From positions 35 to 64,034 of the forward strand of contig CANJVG010000006.1 in the NCBI GenBank assembly GCA_947478005.1: a DNA stretch of 64,000 nt, written 5' to 3'. The notes beneath the pieces are model-generated. The model was not told the DNA's origin. It was given only the letters and a program-made list of their open reading frames with translations, and did no database searches. The first letter of the stretch is position 1. Every line of letters begins with the position of its first letter. Of this stretch, positions 35,861-45,593 are shown one piece after another. The DNA is from Bacteroidota bacterium. Its GTDB lineage: Bacteria; Bacteroidota; Bacteroidia; Chitinophagales; LD1. Position numbers and translations under genes: made by a program.

Positions 35861-35994
35861 TATCTTTCTAATTCTTGTTTTATTTTTGCGGGTACAAGTA
35901 TTAAAATGAGCACCAATCGTTGGATACTTACCGTTGCAGAATATGTGGCTATAAATCGTACCTCTTCTTGTACCTCAATCAGCAAATACCAGTT

Positions 35995-38900
35995 TTAGTT
36001 AATTGGCAAGGTAAAGTAAAAAGTGGCGCCTTCGTCTACTTTCGACACAGCCCATATTTCTCCATGGTGCCTTTCGATTATTCTTTTGGCAACCGTTAGT
36101 CCGACTCCTGTTCCTTCAAATTCCTGAAGGCTGTGGAGACGCTGAAATGGCGTAAACAACCGGTCGTAGAATTCCATATCGAAACCAGTTCCGTTATCTT
36201 TAACGTAAAATACAAACTCTTTTTCCGTTTCTTTATAACCGACTTTAATTTGGGGATTAGTCTTTTTAGACGAATACTTTATCGCATTCGACAATAAATT
36301 TAAAATTACCTGCTGCAACATTGACTCATCGGCCTTTACTAATGGGAGTGGATCAATCTCAATAGCTGCATTATTAGGAGATTGTGCCTGAAGATTCTTC
36401 CAAATAGTAGAGAATAATTCATTCATGTTTACTTCGGAAGTGTGCAACTTTTCTTTGCTGAATCTTGCAAGTTTCAACAGATCTTCAACAATGACATACA
36501 TCCGCTTACCCGTAATTTCAATATGGCTGAATAAATCCTGAACTTCCGGTCGAAGGGAACGGCCATATTCTTTGCTTATCATGCGCGATATACCAATTAA
36601 GGTACGTAGGGGAGAGCGCAAATCATGCGACACCGAATAGGAGAATGCTTCAAGAGCTGTGTTGGCTTCTAATAATTCAGTGGTTCGCTCTCTTACACGC
36701 AATTCCAATTGCTCGTTTGTGTTTTTAATCAGGTCCTCTACCTTTTTGCGCAGAGTAATGTCACGTACAATCCCGTCAATACGTACTAATTTGTCGGCAT
36801 TGTCTAATGAGGGTTTAATTGAAGCATGAATCCAACGAATTTCCAGGTCTTTGCGAATAATTCTGTATTCCATTTCGAATGGTTCGCCCTCTTCCATGCT
36901 TGCATAAGCCCCATCTAAAATATGAGCATCGTCCTGATGCATTACTTTTTTCCAAAGGTTTGGATCGCTGAAAAAATCGGCCGGTGGATAGCCATATAGT
37001 TTTTCGCAGGCAGGCGACATTTGCGTGGTTCGATAGTTAACCATATCCACTGAAAAGAGTACTTCATCAATTGAATTGAAAAGTGTCTGCAATTCGCGCG
37101 TAAGACTATCGAGTTTTTGAAGTGTCTCTCTATGTACCGTAAAATCTTCCAGAAAACCATGCCAAATTATTGTCCCATCTTCCTTTTTTTCAGGTATTGA
37201 AGATCCTTTAAACCATTTTATTTCTCCAGTCTTTGTAATGTTTCGGTAGTCCACATTCCAAGGTGTTAGGTTTTGCCTTGATTCTTCAATCGATTGCATC
37301 AGCAACGGAAGATCTTCTGGATGTACCGAAGAAAATGGAATGGAAACATCATTTGAAATCTGCTCGGGTGTTACTCCCTGCAAAATCTGTTCAATACCTT
37401 TGCTCATGAAAGGGAAAGACATAGTCCCATCAGGTGCCATTTTAAATTGATAGATGGCTACCGAAACTTTTTCCGTAAGTTTTCGCAGCTTTTCATGGCT
37501 TTGCTGCAATGCATCTTCCGCCAATTTGCGTTTTGTGATATCGGAACTAAAAACCGCAATACCGGTTACCTCATTATCTTTTACAATAGGATTATATCTT
37601 ACCGAATACCAATACGTGTTTCCCTCCAACGTATACTCTTCCTCTAAGGTTAAATTTTCTCCATTCAAAGCTCTGCTGTAAATGGCCTTTAAAGTAGGAC
37701 GAAAATCTTCCCGAACCGTATCTAAACTCGCTTCTCCTATAACAGGATATCGTTTGGAAAAAAAGTGAAATTCTTCTGTAAATGCTTTGTTGAAGGATAC
37801 AAAGCGCTCTTCTCTGTCTATCGACCATATACTATCGGACGTGTTGTCGAAAACACTTGATAAATTACGTTCACTTTCCTGTAGCATTTCTTCCGCCAGT
37901 TTTTGCTCGGTAATATTGGTAGCAAAGATGGCGATGCCGGTTACTTTGCCCTGCTGAACAATTGGATTGTACCGAACCCAGAAACAATGCTTTTGTCCAT
38001 GAAATATATAGTGTTCTTCATCTGTAAAATATTCTCCGTTCAGGGCACGGTCATATTTTGCTTTTAAATCAGGGCGAAACATTTCGGGCACCGTATCGGT
38101 ATTCACTTCGCCAATTATCGGGTCACGGAAAGTAAACGACCTGAATCGTTCTGCGAACGGTTTATTAAATGAAACTAAACGGTGCTCTCTATCAACCGAC
38201 CAAATGCTATCAGAAGTATTATCAAAAACACTCAACAAATTACGTTCGCTTTCCTGCAATTTTTCTTCGGCCAACTTACGGTCTGTAATGTCCAGATGGG
38301 TTACCACAATCATTGGCTTATCAGAGTAAAAATGCTTTACCCTCATGGCAAACCACCGATCTTCATCCGGTGCATGACAGGGGTATTCCATATAGAACAC
38401 TGGTAAATTATTATTAAGCACAGCCTGCATGCCGCTTAAGGCATCACTTGCAATCCGGTCGCCTGCATCAGCTGCTTTTTGGCAAACCTCAAAGTAATTA
38501 CTTCCCTTTCCGCTTCCCAGCATCAAAGTATCCCCGTTTTCGTTTGCAAAAGCATTCCAAGCCTGATTCACTTCTACTATTTGCCCATTTTTATCGACTA
38601 CTGCAATGTGCGCACTGAGGGAGGATAAGACACCTTTATGAAAAGCCTCGCTTTTGGACAAGGCGAGTTCAATTTCCTTTCTTTCGGTTATGTCGCGAAA
38701 GTTGACAATAAATAAAACTAAGCCAAAGGCAATAAGCGACCACAGCGCAATGTAATAGGAGTTCAGTCCTTCTTCAGTTTCTTTTTCCTTTTCTTTTAAG
38801 GCTAAAACCTCCTGTTGCTGAATGGCAGAAATATGCTTGCCTACCGATTCCATGACGAGATTGCGATAGGGTTGCGAGACTAAAGCTACCACCGGATTCA

Positions 38901-39300
38901 ACCCTTTTTTAGCGCGTAGATCTATCAGTTGCTCCGAATAATCCATCCGCTTGTTAAGGTAATATTCCAGCGAATCCACATTTGCCCTCAAAGAAGGGCT
39001 TTGCAGACCGAGTTGTTTTAGTTGCTTAAGGTGCAAAAATACCGTATCTGCCGCTGCTGAATATTTATCTACAAAAGAGCTATCAGCTGTAAGAGAATAA
39101 CCATAGGCATAACCACGGCTGTCGCGTATGCCCGAAGAAATGATTCCTGTTTCTTTTGTTACCTCATGATGAAAACTGGCATCCGCTATCTCCTCGTCAT
39201 ACCGCTCTTTGCTTTCATAGGCGTAGTATACCAATGCTGTCAGAATGACGACACTCGTAAGGAAATAAGCAATTTGTATTCTGGCAAAGGTAAATTTCAT
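35995..39300 (-). CDS. Sensor histidine kinase: N-terminal CHASE3-like periplasmic domain, TM, about 5 PAS domains, HisKA, HATPase_c
   Basis: The H-box FSYSVSHDLRSPL and the N/G boxes (LLSNAIKYS, DNGTGF, GTGVGL) are present. Two adjacent PAS modules are clear duplicates (LAEE.LQESERNL.SVFDNTSDSIWS.DRE). Confidence 0.85.
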   Translation of the reverse strand: MKFTFARIQIAYFLTSVVILTALVYYAYESKERYDEEIADASFHHEVTKETGIISSGIRDSRGYAYGYSLTADSSFVDKYSAAADTVFLHLKQLKQLGLQSPSLRANVDSLEYYLNKRMDYSEQLIDLRAKKGLNPVVALVSQPYRNLVMESVGKHISAIQQQEVLALKEKEKETEEGLNSYYIALWSLIAFGLVLFIVNFRDITERKEIELALSKSEAFHKGVLSSLSAHIAVVDKNGQIVEVNQAWNAFANENGDTLMLGSGKGSNYFEVCQKAADAGDRIASDALSGMQAVLNNNLPVFYMEYPCHAPDEDRWFAMRVKHFYSDKPMIVVTHLDITDRKLAEEKLQESERNLLSVFDNTSDSIWSVDREHRLVSFNKPFAERFRSFTFRDPIIGEVNTDTVPEMFRPDLKAKYDRALNGEYFTDEEHYIFHGQKHCFWVRYNPIVQQGKVTGIAIFATNITEQKLAEEMLQESERNLSSVFDNTSDSIWSIDREERFVSFNKAFTEEFHFFSKRYPVIGEASLDTVREDFRPTLKAIYSRALNGENLTLEEEYTLEGNTYWYSVRYNPIVKDNEVTGIAVFSSDITKRKLAEDALQQSHEKLRKLTEKVSVAIYQFKMAPDGTMSFPFMSKGIEQILQGVTPEQISNDVSIPFSSVHPEDLPLLMQSIEESRQNLTPWNVDYRNITKTGEIKWFKGSSIPEKKEDGTIIWHGFLEDFTVHRETLQKLDSLTRELQTLFNSIDEVLFSVDMVNYRTTQMSPACEKLYGYPPADFFSDPNLWKKVMHQDDAHILDGAYASMEEGEPFEMEYRIIRKDLEIRWIHASIKPSLDNADKLVRIDGIVRDITLRKKVEDLIKNTNEQLELRVRERTTELLEANTALEAFSYSVSHDLRSPLRTLIGISRMISKEYGRSLRPEVQDLFSHIEITGKRMYVIVEDLLKLARFSKEKLHTSEVNMNELFSTIWKNLQAQSPNNAAIEIDPLPLVKADESMLQQVILNLLSNAIKYSSKKTNPQIKVGYKETEKEFVFYVKDNGTGFDMEFYDRLFTPFQRLHSLQEFEGTGVGLTVAKRIIERHHGEIWAVSKVDEGATFYFTLPIN

Positions 39301-39520
39301 AGTTTCCTACTAAAAAAGATAACAATGGTTCAAAGAAGCAATTCAGAATAACAACCGGGTAAAAAAACTATCGGCTAAAAATGTAATCAGATAAACGAAT
39401 AAATTATCCATCTAATCCTGTAAAACTAAGAAAAATGTTATAACACACGTAAAGGGCCCTATAAATTAAGTCAAAAATAATAACTGTTTCTCCCCATTGT
39501 CAACCGGGAACTGCGGCTAA

Positions 39521-40084
39521 TCAGCCTCCTTGTTTCCGGCCCTTCATCAGTTCCTTCACCATTCCATTTTCTACCTGTTTCGATATTTTATTCAGCAGTC
39601 TCATGTGGCGCTTGTAATGCTGCAGCAGGTTATCGGTCAGCGGTACCTCAAAAGAAAACTCGGCTTCGAACTCGTCCTTATTCATCGTTGTCTTTAGATT
39701 CTGTTTTCTTGCCAGTTCCGCTATTCTCATTAGGGCTACTACCGGATTTAAAATCGTATTTGGAAAATCTTCAAACGAAGAACTAAAAGAATAGTATATA
39801 ACTACCTTTCCCCCTGCAACCTCGAGCCAAACCGAATCCAATAAATCCATACAGCCTTTTGGGTCAAGAATCAAGTGAAATTCAAAACAACGGGGTACTG
39901 CAGCTGCTTTGAAATTCAGAAAATCTTCAGGCGCCAGATGGATTTGTATGTAATCTAATGCAGCAATGTAAATTTCTGGGTGAAGAAACTTTCCTTTATA
40001 CTTGACAAGATACTCGGAGTTTTCTGTCGCCTCTGTCTTCTGTATTATCTCCAATACCGGCACCGTATTTTTACTTGCTTTCAT
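39521..40084 (-). CDS. Hypothetical protein
   Basis: This is a 187-aa ORF with no recognised motif. Confidence 0.4.
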   Translation of the reverse strand: MKASKNTVPVLEIIQKTEATENSEYLVKYKGKFLHPEIYIAALDYIQIHLAPEDFLNFKAAAVPRCFEFHLILDPKGCMDLLDSVWLEVAGGKVVIYYSFSSSFEDFPNTILNPVVALMRIAELARKQNLKTTMNKDEFEAEFSFEVPLTDNLLQHYKRHMRLLNKISKQVENGMVKELMKGRKQGG

Positions 40085-40340
40085 GGCTTAATTTTACAAA
40101 AAAATCTTTTCCTATTTTATGTGCCTTGTAAAATCGTTAATAACACACTTCTGTTTTTCGCAGGGCTGGTTAAACCTAAAAGACATTAACCCAATGCGAT
40201 AGATGGAGTTTACAACAACCATAGAACCCAAGCATTCCTCACGTGCATGACTAAACTCAGCCTTTTTTTTCGTCAAAATCATACCATCATGAAAATTTTA
40301 GGCAGACCATTGCCGGTCAAATTTTCAAATGCATTGAACG

Positions 40341-41720
40341 ATGAAAAAAGAAAGAACCTTAGCCGAACCTTTTAGAATTAAGATGATAGAACCATTGCGA
40401 ATGACCACCGTGGAATATCGCAAAAAGGCTCTGCAGAAAGCCGGTTACAATCCGTTTTTGCTAAGCAGCGATGATGTGTACATTGATTTGCTGACCGACA
40501 GTGGAACGAGCGCTATGAGCGACCGACAATGGAGTGCCATGATGCTGGGTGATGAAAGTTATGCCGGTGCAAGAAGTTGGGAAAAGCTCGAAGCTGAAGT
40601 GAAGGACCTGACGGGTATGCACTATGTATTGCCTGCTCATCAGGGCCGTGCGGCTGAAAGAATTTTATACAGTTTGTTGGGAGGAAAAGACAAGGTGTTT
40701 ATCAGCAACACACACTTCGACACTACCCGTGCCAATATCGAATTCACCGGTGCACTGGCCATTGATTGTATGGATGAGAACTTGTTGAATGCCGAGGCGG
40801 AGCTTCCCTTTAAAGGCAATATAGACATAGAACAGGCTCGCGCTACGGTTTTAAAATACGGAAAGGAAAATATCGGTGCCGTGATTCTCACCGTTACCAA
40901 TAATTCATCGGGCGGACAGCCCGTGAGCATGGAAAACGCCCGACAGGTAAAGGCACTCTGCGATGAATTCGGCCTGCTATTCGTGCTCGATGGATGCCGC
41001 ATTGCCGAAAACAGTTACTTTATAAAACATCGCGAAGGCGGCCTGGAAAACCTCGATTATCGCACCATTGCGCAGCAGATGCTTTCGCTTTGCGATGCAT
41101 TTATTATGAGTGCCAAAAAAGATGGTCTGGTGAACATGGGTGGTCTGTTGGTCTTGCGCCAACAAAAGCTGGCCGAAAAATGCACCAACCTCCTGATTAT
41201 TTCCGAAGGCTTTGCCACTTATGGCGGACTCAGCGGTCGCGATATGGAAGCCATGGCGGTTGGATTGCGCGAGGTTTTTGACCCTGACTATCTGCATTAT
41301 CGCATCAAAAGTACCGAGTATCTGGGTCAACATCTGCACCGGAAAGGAGTACCCCTGATTCGGCCTTATGGTGGCCATGCCATTTATCTCGATGCCGGAA
41401 AGTTCTATGACCATATTCCCGTTCATCAGTTTCCGGGGCAGGCCCTTGTTTGCGATTTATACGAGCAGGGTGGAATACGATGTGTGGAAGTTGGCTCGGT
41501 GATGTTTGGAAAATACGATGAGCAGCGAAACCATATTCCTCCCAAAAATGAATTGGTGCGCCTGGCCATTCCGCGAAGGGTTTATACCCAAAGCCATATC
41601 GATTATGTGATTGATGTTTTTGACGATATTCTGGAAATGAAAGCTCAATCGCGAGGATTAAAGATTGCTTACGAGCCAACTTTTTTGCGGCACTTTACTG
41701 CCAGGTTTGATAGAATTTGA
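40341..41720 (+). CDS. tnaA: Tryptophanase-like beta-eliminating lyase (tryptophanase or tyrosine phenol-lyase)
   Basis: It is colinear with TnaA/TPL: EPFRIKMIEP, DLLTDSGT, the SAKKD PLP-lysine motif, and YEP..LRHFTARF. Several segments look closer to TnaA. Confidence 0.8.
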   Translation: MKKERTLAEPFRIKMIEPLRMTTVEYRKKALQKAGYNPFLLSSDDVYIDLLTDSGTSAMSDRQWSAMMLGDESYAGARSWEKLEAEVKDLTGMHYVLPAHQGRAAERILYSLLGGKDKVFISNTHFDTTRANIEFTGALAIDCMDENLLNAEAELPFKGNIDIEQARATVLKYGKENIGAVILTVTNNSSGGQPVSMENARQVKALCDEFGLLFVLDGCRIAENSYFIKHREGGLENLDYRTIAQQMLSLCDAFIMSAKKDGLVNMGGLLVLRQQKLAEKCTNLLIISEGFATYGGLSGRDMEAMAVGLREVFDPDYLHYRIKSTEYLGQHLHRKGVPLIRPYGGHAIYLDAGKFYDHIPVHQFPGQALVCDLYEQGGIRCVEVGSVMFGKYDEQRNHIPPKNELVRLAIPRRVYTQSHIDYVIDVFDDILEMKAQSRGLKIAYEPTFLRHFTARFDRI

Positions 41721-41865
41721 GCAACTGCTTTCTCCCTTTTTTGGGTTGGTTACCATTATGATAGATGAATTAGCCGAGCCGCACTTCAGCCCGACCATTT
41801 AGCCCATCAACCTGCTCATTACACCATTTAACCCCTCCCTTTTGCCCCTTACCCCTCTCGTTTTC

Positions 41866-42033
41866 GCGGTAAACCAAGCCGGTTTGCCCGTAAGTTGTAT
41901 CGGTTTAGCGGTAAACTATCTCGGTTTACGCGTAAACCAATCCGGTTTGCTCATAAACGGTCTCAGTTTAACGGTAAACTATGTCAGTATGACAGTAACC
42001 GAACCCGGTTTAACGGTAAATTCCATAAATATA
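41866..42033. repeat. Tandem array 3: 8 x 21 bp, GTAAAC-N7-GTTTAC-N2
   Basis: GTAAAC-like cores were indexed at 41869, 41890, 41911, 41932, 41953, 41974, 41995 and 42016. Confidence 0.85.
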
Positions 42034-42234
42034 AGCCGAAAATAACTGATTTTAGCAAAAAATAGGTTTAAAACCATTAATTGTTAAACGAATTAGCATC
42101 CCAACCTCCATTTAAACACTACTATCCGCATGTAACTATTGCACAAGTTTTTACATTTGAGTTTCGGATATAATAATGTTAGCGCAAGTTTAACGCACCT
42201 TGACAATGACCGTTTAAGATTAAATTTGTTGACT

Positions 42235-43137
42235 ATGAGAACACTTTTACTTTCAATTACGATGACACTTGTAACCGTCACTTCATTTAGTCAGACACCG
42301 CAGAGTAACTTTAGTTTTGCCGATTCATCTGCCGTATGGACTCAATGCCACACTATTTTTCTTGAAGGGCCACAAGGAACTTGGGGAGTTCAACAGACCG
42401 ATACTTACAGGGCAAACCAAGATTCGTTTTTCAATAATTTGAGTTATCAAAAAATAACATCGGGATTTGTTTCGGCATCCGCATTTGTAAGACAGGATTC
42501 AACAAGGAAAATTTTTCTTTATGACTTGGAATTGCAATCGGACAGAATGATTTACGACTTTGGTCTAAATCAAGGCGATACCCTGCGGCTTTATAAACCA
42601 GCTTCATTTTTTCAAGGTGCAGACACACTCAAGTTAGTAGTTGATTCAACTGATTCTGTTGTATACGGTGTATCAAGAAAAAGAATGTTTATGCGATGTA
42701 TTACAGGGACTTATTGCAGTTGGTTTACAAATGACATCATAATTGAAGGTATTGGCAGTTTAAATAGTCATTTTTTAAGTCCATACATTTATGAGTTCTT
42801 GTCCATTCCTGGAGAAGCGTTCAGGCTATTGAATTTTGAAGAAAATGGGAGTACATACAGCTTTTCAGATAGTTGTGGAACCGTTGATATTTCCGAAATT
42901 TCATCGAATAAAATAAAAATCTATCCCAACCCTTTCTTTAATCAACTCACTTTCTCTCATGCCGACAACGCGCAGACAACAATTTCTCTTTACAACTTTC
43001 TCGGACAGCGAGTATTGCAACAGACATTTACAAAATCCACGACAATAAACACGGAGCAGCTTTCAGAAGGCATTTACTTTTATGAGTTATGGAGCAATAA
43101 AGGAACACTGAAAACCGGAAAGCTCGTCAAGCAATGA
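42235..43137 (+). CDS. T9SS type A sorting-domain protein of unknown function
   Basis: The signal peptide is MRTLLLSITMTLVTVTSFSQ and the C-terminus is IYPNPFFNQ...GIYFYEL...KLVKQ. The start is moved to 42235. Confidence 0.7.
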   Translation: MRTLLLSITMTLVTVTSFSQTPQSNFSFADSSAVWTQCHTIFLEGPQGTWGVQQTDTYRANQDSFFNNLSYQKITSGFVSASAFVRQDSTRKIFLYDLELQSDRMIYDFGLNQGDTLRLYKPASFFQGADTLKLVVDSTDSVVYGVSRKRMFMRCITGTYCSWFTNDIIIEGIGSLNSHFLSPYIYEFLSIPGEAFRLLNFEENGSTYSFSDSCGTVDISEISSNKIKIYPNPFFNQLTFSHADNAQTTISLYNFLGQRVLQQTFTKSTTINTEQLSEGIYFYELWSNKGTLKTGKLVKQ

Positions 43138-43490
43138 CGAGAGAAAAATGCTCCTCCAAGTCTTTCACCATGATGTCATTTAAAAAATTGCCCTTGCCCC
43201 AATCCACCTTCCTCCGCTATTATATCCTCCTGGTAACTGTAAGCAATCTGTTTACTGCTATATGGACGATATTCTCCGATAGTATGGGCATTTACATTGC
43301 CTTCTTTTTTCTGGTGCCGCTCAATCTGCTGTTTATGTTGTTGGGGCTTATAGCGGTTGTTTTTATGCAGATAAAGAAATACCCGATTAGTTATTGGCAG
43401 CATTATCTGCTCGTAATTCTTACTCCTGTTGCAGCGCAGCTAATTGCTACAGGGCTTATAAATGCCTTTGCTCCTAATGTGGGTTGTTAA
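43134..43490 (+). CDS. Hypothetical small membrane protein
   Basis: The 118-aa ORF has 3-4 TM segments and an ATGA overlap with the preceding gene. Confidence 0.45.
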   Translation: MTREKCSSKSFTMMSFKKLPLPQSTFLRYYILLVTVSNLFTAIWTIFSDSMGIYIAFFFLVPLNLLFMLLGLIAVVFMQIKKYPISYWQHYLLVILTPVAAQLIATGLINAFAPNVGC

Positions 43491-43624
43491 GTATGGTTTG
43501 GAATTAAGTAGAGATGGAGAGCCCTATTCGCAATTTTCCGGTGTCAGTATTTACTAAGCTCCGGAACCATATTCAATTGCCTTGGTAAAACTGCTTATTT
43601 AACAGATAATTGGATGATTTTTAG

Positions 43625-43935
43625 TAACATCATTACGATAGCATCGATCATAACCATTTCACTTCGCAACATCATTACGATAGCATCGATCGTAACCATT
43701 TCACTTCGTAACATCATTACGATAGCATCGATTGTAACCATTTCACTTCGTAACATCATTACGATAGCATCGATCGTAACCATTTCACTTCGTAACATCA
43801 TTACGATAGCATCTATCGTAACCATTTCACTTCGTAACATCATTACGATAGCATCGATCGTAACCATTTCACTTCATAACATCATTATGATAGCATCGAT
43901 CGTAACCATTTCACGTCCTAACATCATCATTTCAG
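43625..43935. repeat. Tandem array 4: 7 full + 1 partial 42-bp units, TAACATCATTACGATAGCATCGATCGTAACCATTTCACTTCG
   Basis: Unit starts fall at 43625, 43667, 43709, 43751, 43793, 43835, 43877 and 43919. Most units carry only 1-2 mismatches, and the last full unit has about 4. Confidence 0.9.
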
Positions 43936-44219
43936 CATTTTACAAGGAAATTTCACTCCGAAACGTAAGGATCTTCGATAAATCAGTCCAATGTTCAGAA
44001 GCGTTTTTAAGGATTACAGAATATGGAAAGGCTTTAATTCTTTTGAATTTGGGGGAAATTCTGTACTAATTCACCATTTTTAGGCAGATTTTGTAATATA
44101 TCTACCTATTTGATAAGAAAGGAAGAATAAAAGATGGCGGAATGCATATTTGAATACAAACTGGTTCCGGCTGTTAAGACCGTTCAGTTCTGCAATCACT
44201 AATCGAATTGGCTTTCTTC

Positions 44220-45590
44220 TTATAACAGATTCGAAAGCAAAGAAGGGAAGATGCCCAGCAGGAGGATTAAAGCCACACAAACGGCAATAACCAGGCTGTA
44301 AGCAGGCTTTAGTTTAATCACAGGTTCGTTAGAATCCTTGGTGTACATCGCCAACACCACTTTCATGTAGTAATAAACACCCACAATAGAATTGATAACG
44401 GCTACAATAGTCAAACCAAGGTGTCCGTTGCGGATAGCTTCGCTGAAGATGAAATACTTACCAAAGAAGCCTGCAAAAGGAGGAATACCCGCCATAGATA
44501 GCATAGCAATAGTTAAAGCAGCGGCCAGCATCGGTTTCTTTTTACCCAACCCGTTGAAGGCTTCAATCTTTTCAGAACCCGTGTTTTGAGCTACTACTAT
44601 CGCTATCGAAAAAGCGGCAATAGAAGAAATACCATAAGCCACGGAATAGAAGAAAACAGCATTGGCGGTGTTGCCGTAAAGCGAAAGAATACCCAGTAAT
44701 AAATAGCCCGCATGAGAAATACCTGAGAAAGCCAGCATTCGTTTGAATGAATCTTGATTAAGAGCCGTAAAGTTACCGATGATGATAGTAAGCACTGCCA
44801 CTGCCGAAAGTACCCATGCATAAGAAGGAATGGAAACAATAAAGCACGAACTAAATAAACGATAGAAAGCAGCAAAGGCAGCAATCTTAGCCACCGTTGC
44901 CATAAAGGCCGTAGTTAAGGTTGGTGAACCTTCATAAACATCCGGTGCCCAAAAATGAAAAGGAGCGGCCGATACTTTAAACAACATACCCACCAGAATC
45001 ATTCCTACACCCAGGGTAAACAAAACAGAAGGATGCACTGCGGCAGTATAAGCAGCGATTTGTCCAAGGTCAAAAGAACCTGTTTCGCCATAAATAAGGG
45101 CAATACCGAAGAGCAAAATACCCGATGCAAAGCTTCCCATCAGGAAGTATTTCATACCCGCCTCATTACTGCGCAGTTCTTTCTTTTTGCTACCCGCCAA
45201 TATGTAAAGCGAAATAGAAAGTACTTCAATGCCCAGGAAGAACATGGCCATATTGCCAAATGAAACCAATGCCAAAGCACCGCTTAAGGTAAAGATGATA
45301 ATGGCTAAGTAATCGCTGATTTTCGATTCTTCGTTTTTATAGAAGTTGCCTGCCAGCAAAGTGATGAAGATACCTAGCAACAAAAGCAAACCAGAAAAAG
45401 CCACAGAATAGTTATCAATCACCACCATGTTGTGGTAGAAGCCTGCGTTCTTTCCCCAATCAGCCACGTTGAATCCGAAAATGACACAAAGCCCGAGCAC
45501 CGCAATCGGCAAAATAAGTTTGCGCAGGTTTGCCATCTCTGCAAGCATGCAAAGAAGACCAAGAGCTGATGTGTATATGAGGGTATTCAT
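44220..45590 (-). CDS. nuoN: NADH-quinone oxidoreductase subunit N
   Basis: It is a polytopic antiporter-like subunit and the last gene of the nuo cluster. Confidence 0.85.
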   Translation of the reverse strand: MNTLIYTSALGLLCMLAEMANLRKLILPIAVLGLCVIFGFNVADWGKNAGFYHNMVVIDNYSVAFSGLLLLLGIFITLLAGNFYKNEESKISDYLAIIIFTLSGALALVSFGNMAMFFLGIEVLSISLYILAGSKKKELRSNEAGMKYFLMGSFASGILLFGIALIYGETGSFDLGQIAAYTAAVHPSVLFTLGVGMILVGMLFKVSAAPFHFWAPDVYEGSPTLTTAFMATVAKIAAFAAFYRLFSSCFIVSIPSYAWVLSAVAVLTIIIGNFTALNQDSFKRMLAFSGISHAGYLLLGILSLYGNTANAVFFYSVAYGISSIAAFSIAIVVAQNTGSEKIEAFNGLGKKKPMLAAALTIAMLSMAGIPPFAGFFGKYFIFSEAIRNGHLGLTIVAVINSIVGVYYYMKVVLAMYTKDSNEPVIKLKPAYSLVIAVCVALILLLGIFPSLLSNLL

Positions 45591-45593
45591 CTT

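Noticed and set aside
39452-39472. AAGGGCC(C)TATAAATT(A/T)AGTC shared between 39452-39472 and 60947-60966, both upstream of minus-strand genes
   Set aside because: It is mostly an AT-rich palindromic word (TTTATAAATT also occurs at 3690) with an indel. It may be a promoter-like element, but two copies are not enough to call it.
40289-40375. A TnaC-like leader peptide upstream of the tryptophanase-like gene (28-codon ORF overlapping the tnaA start)
   Set aside because: It has no Trp codon and no resemblance to TnaC. It overlaps the tnaA start in another frame, and short ORFs are expected by chance in AT-rich leaders.
13976-43935. The possibility that the tandem arrays are CRISPR arrays
   Set aside because: The repeats are directly contiguous or separated by only 2-7 nt, not by unique 25-40-nt spacers. 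No cas genes are present in the window.
41842-44069. ORFs through arrays 3 and 4 (41842-42045 +, 43595-43867 -, 43614-44069 +)
   Set aside because: The reasoning is the same as for array 1: these are mirror ORFs on both strands of a tandem repeat. They were kept as repeats rather than CDS. Only expression or proteomic data could overturn this.
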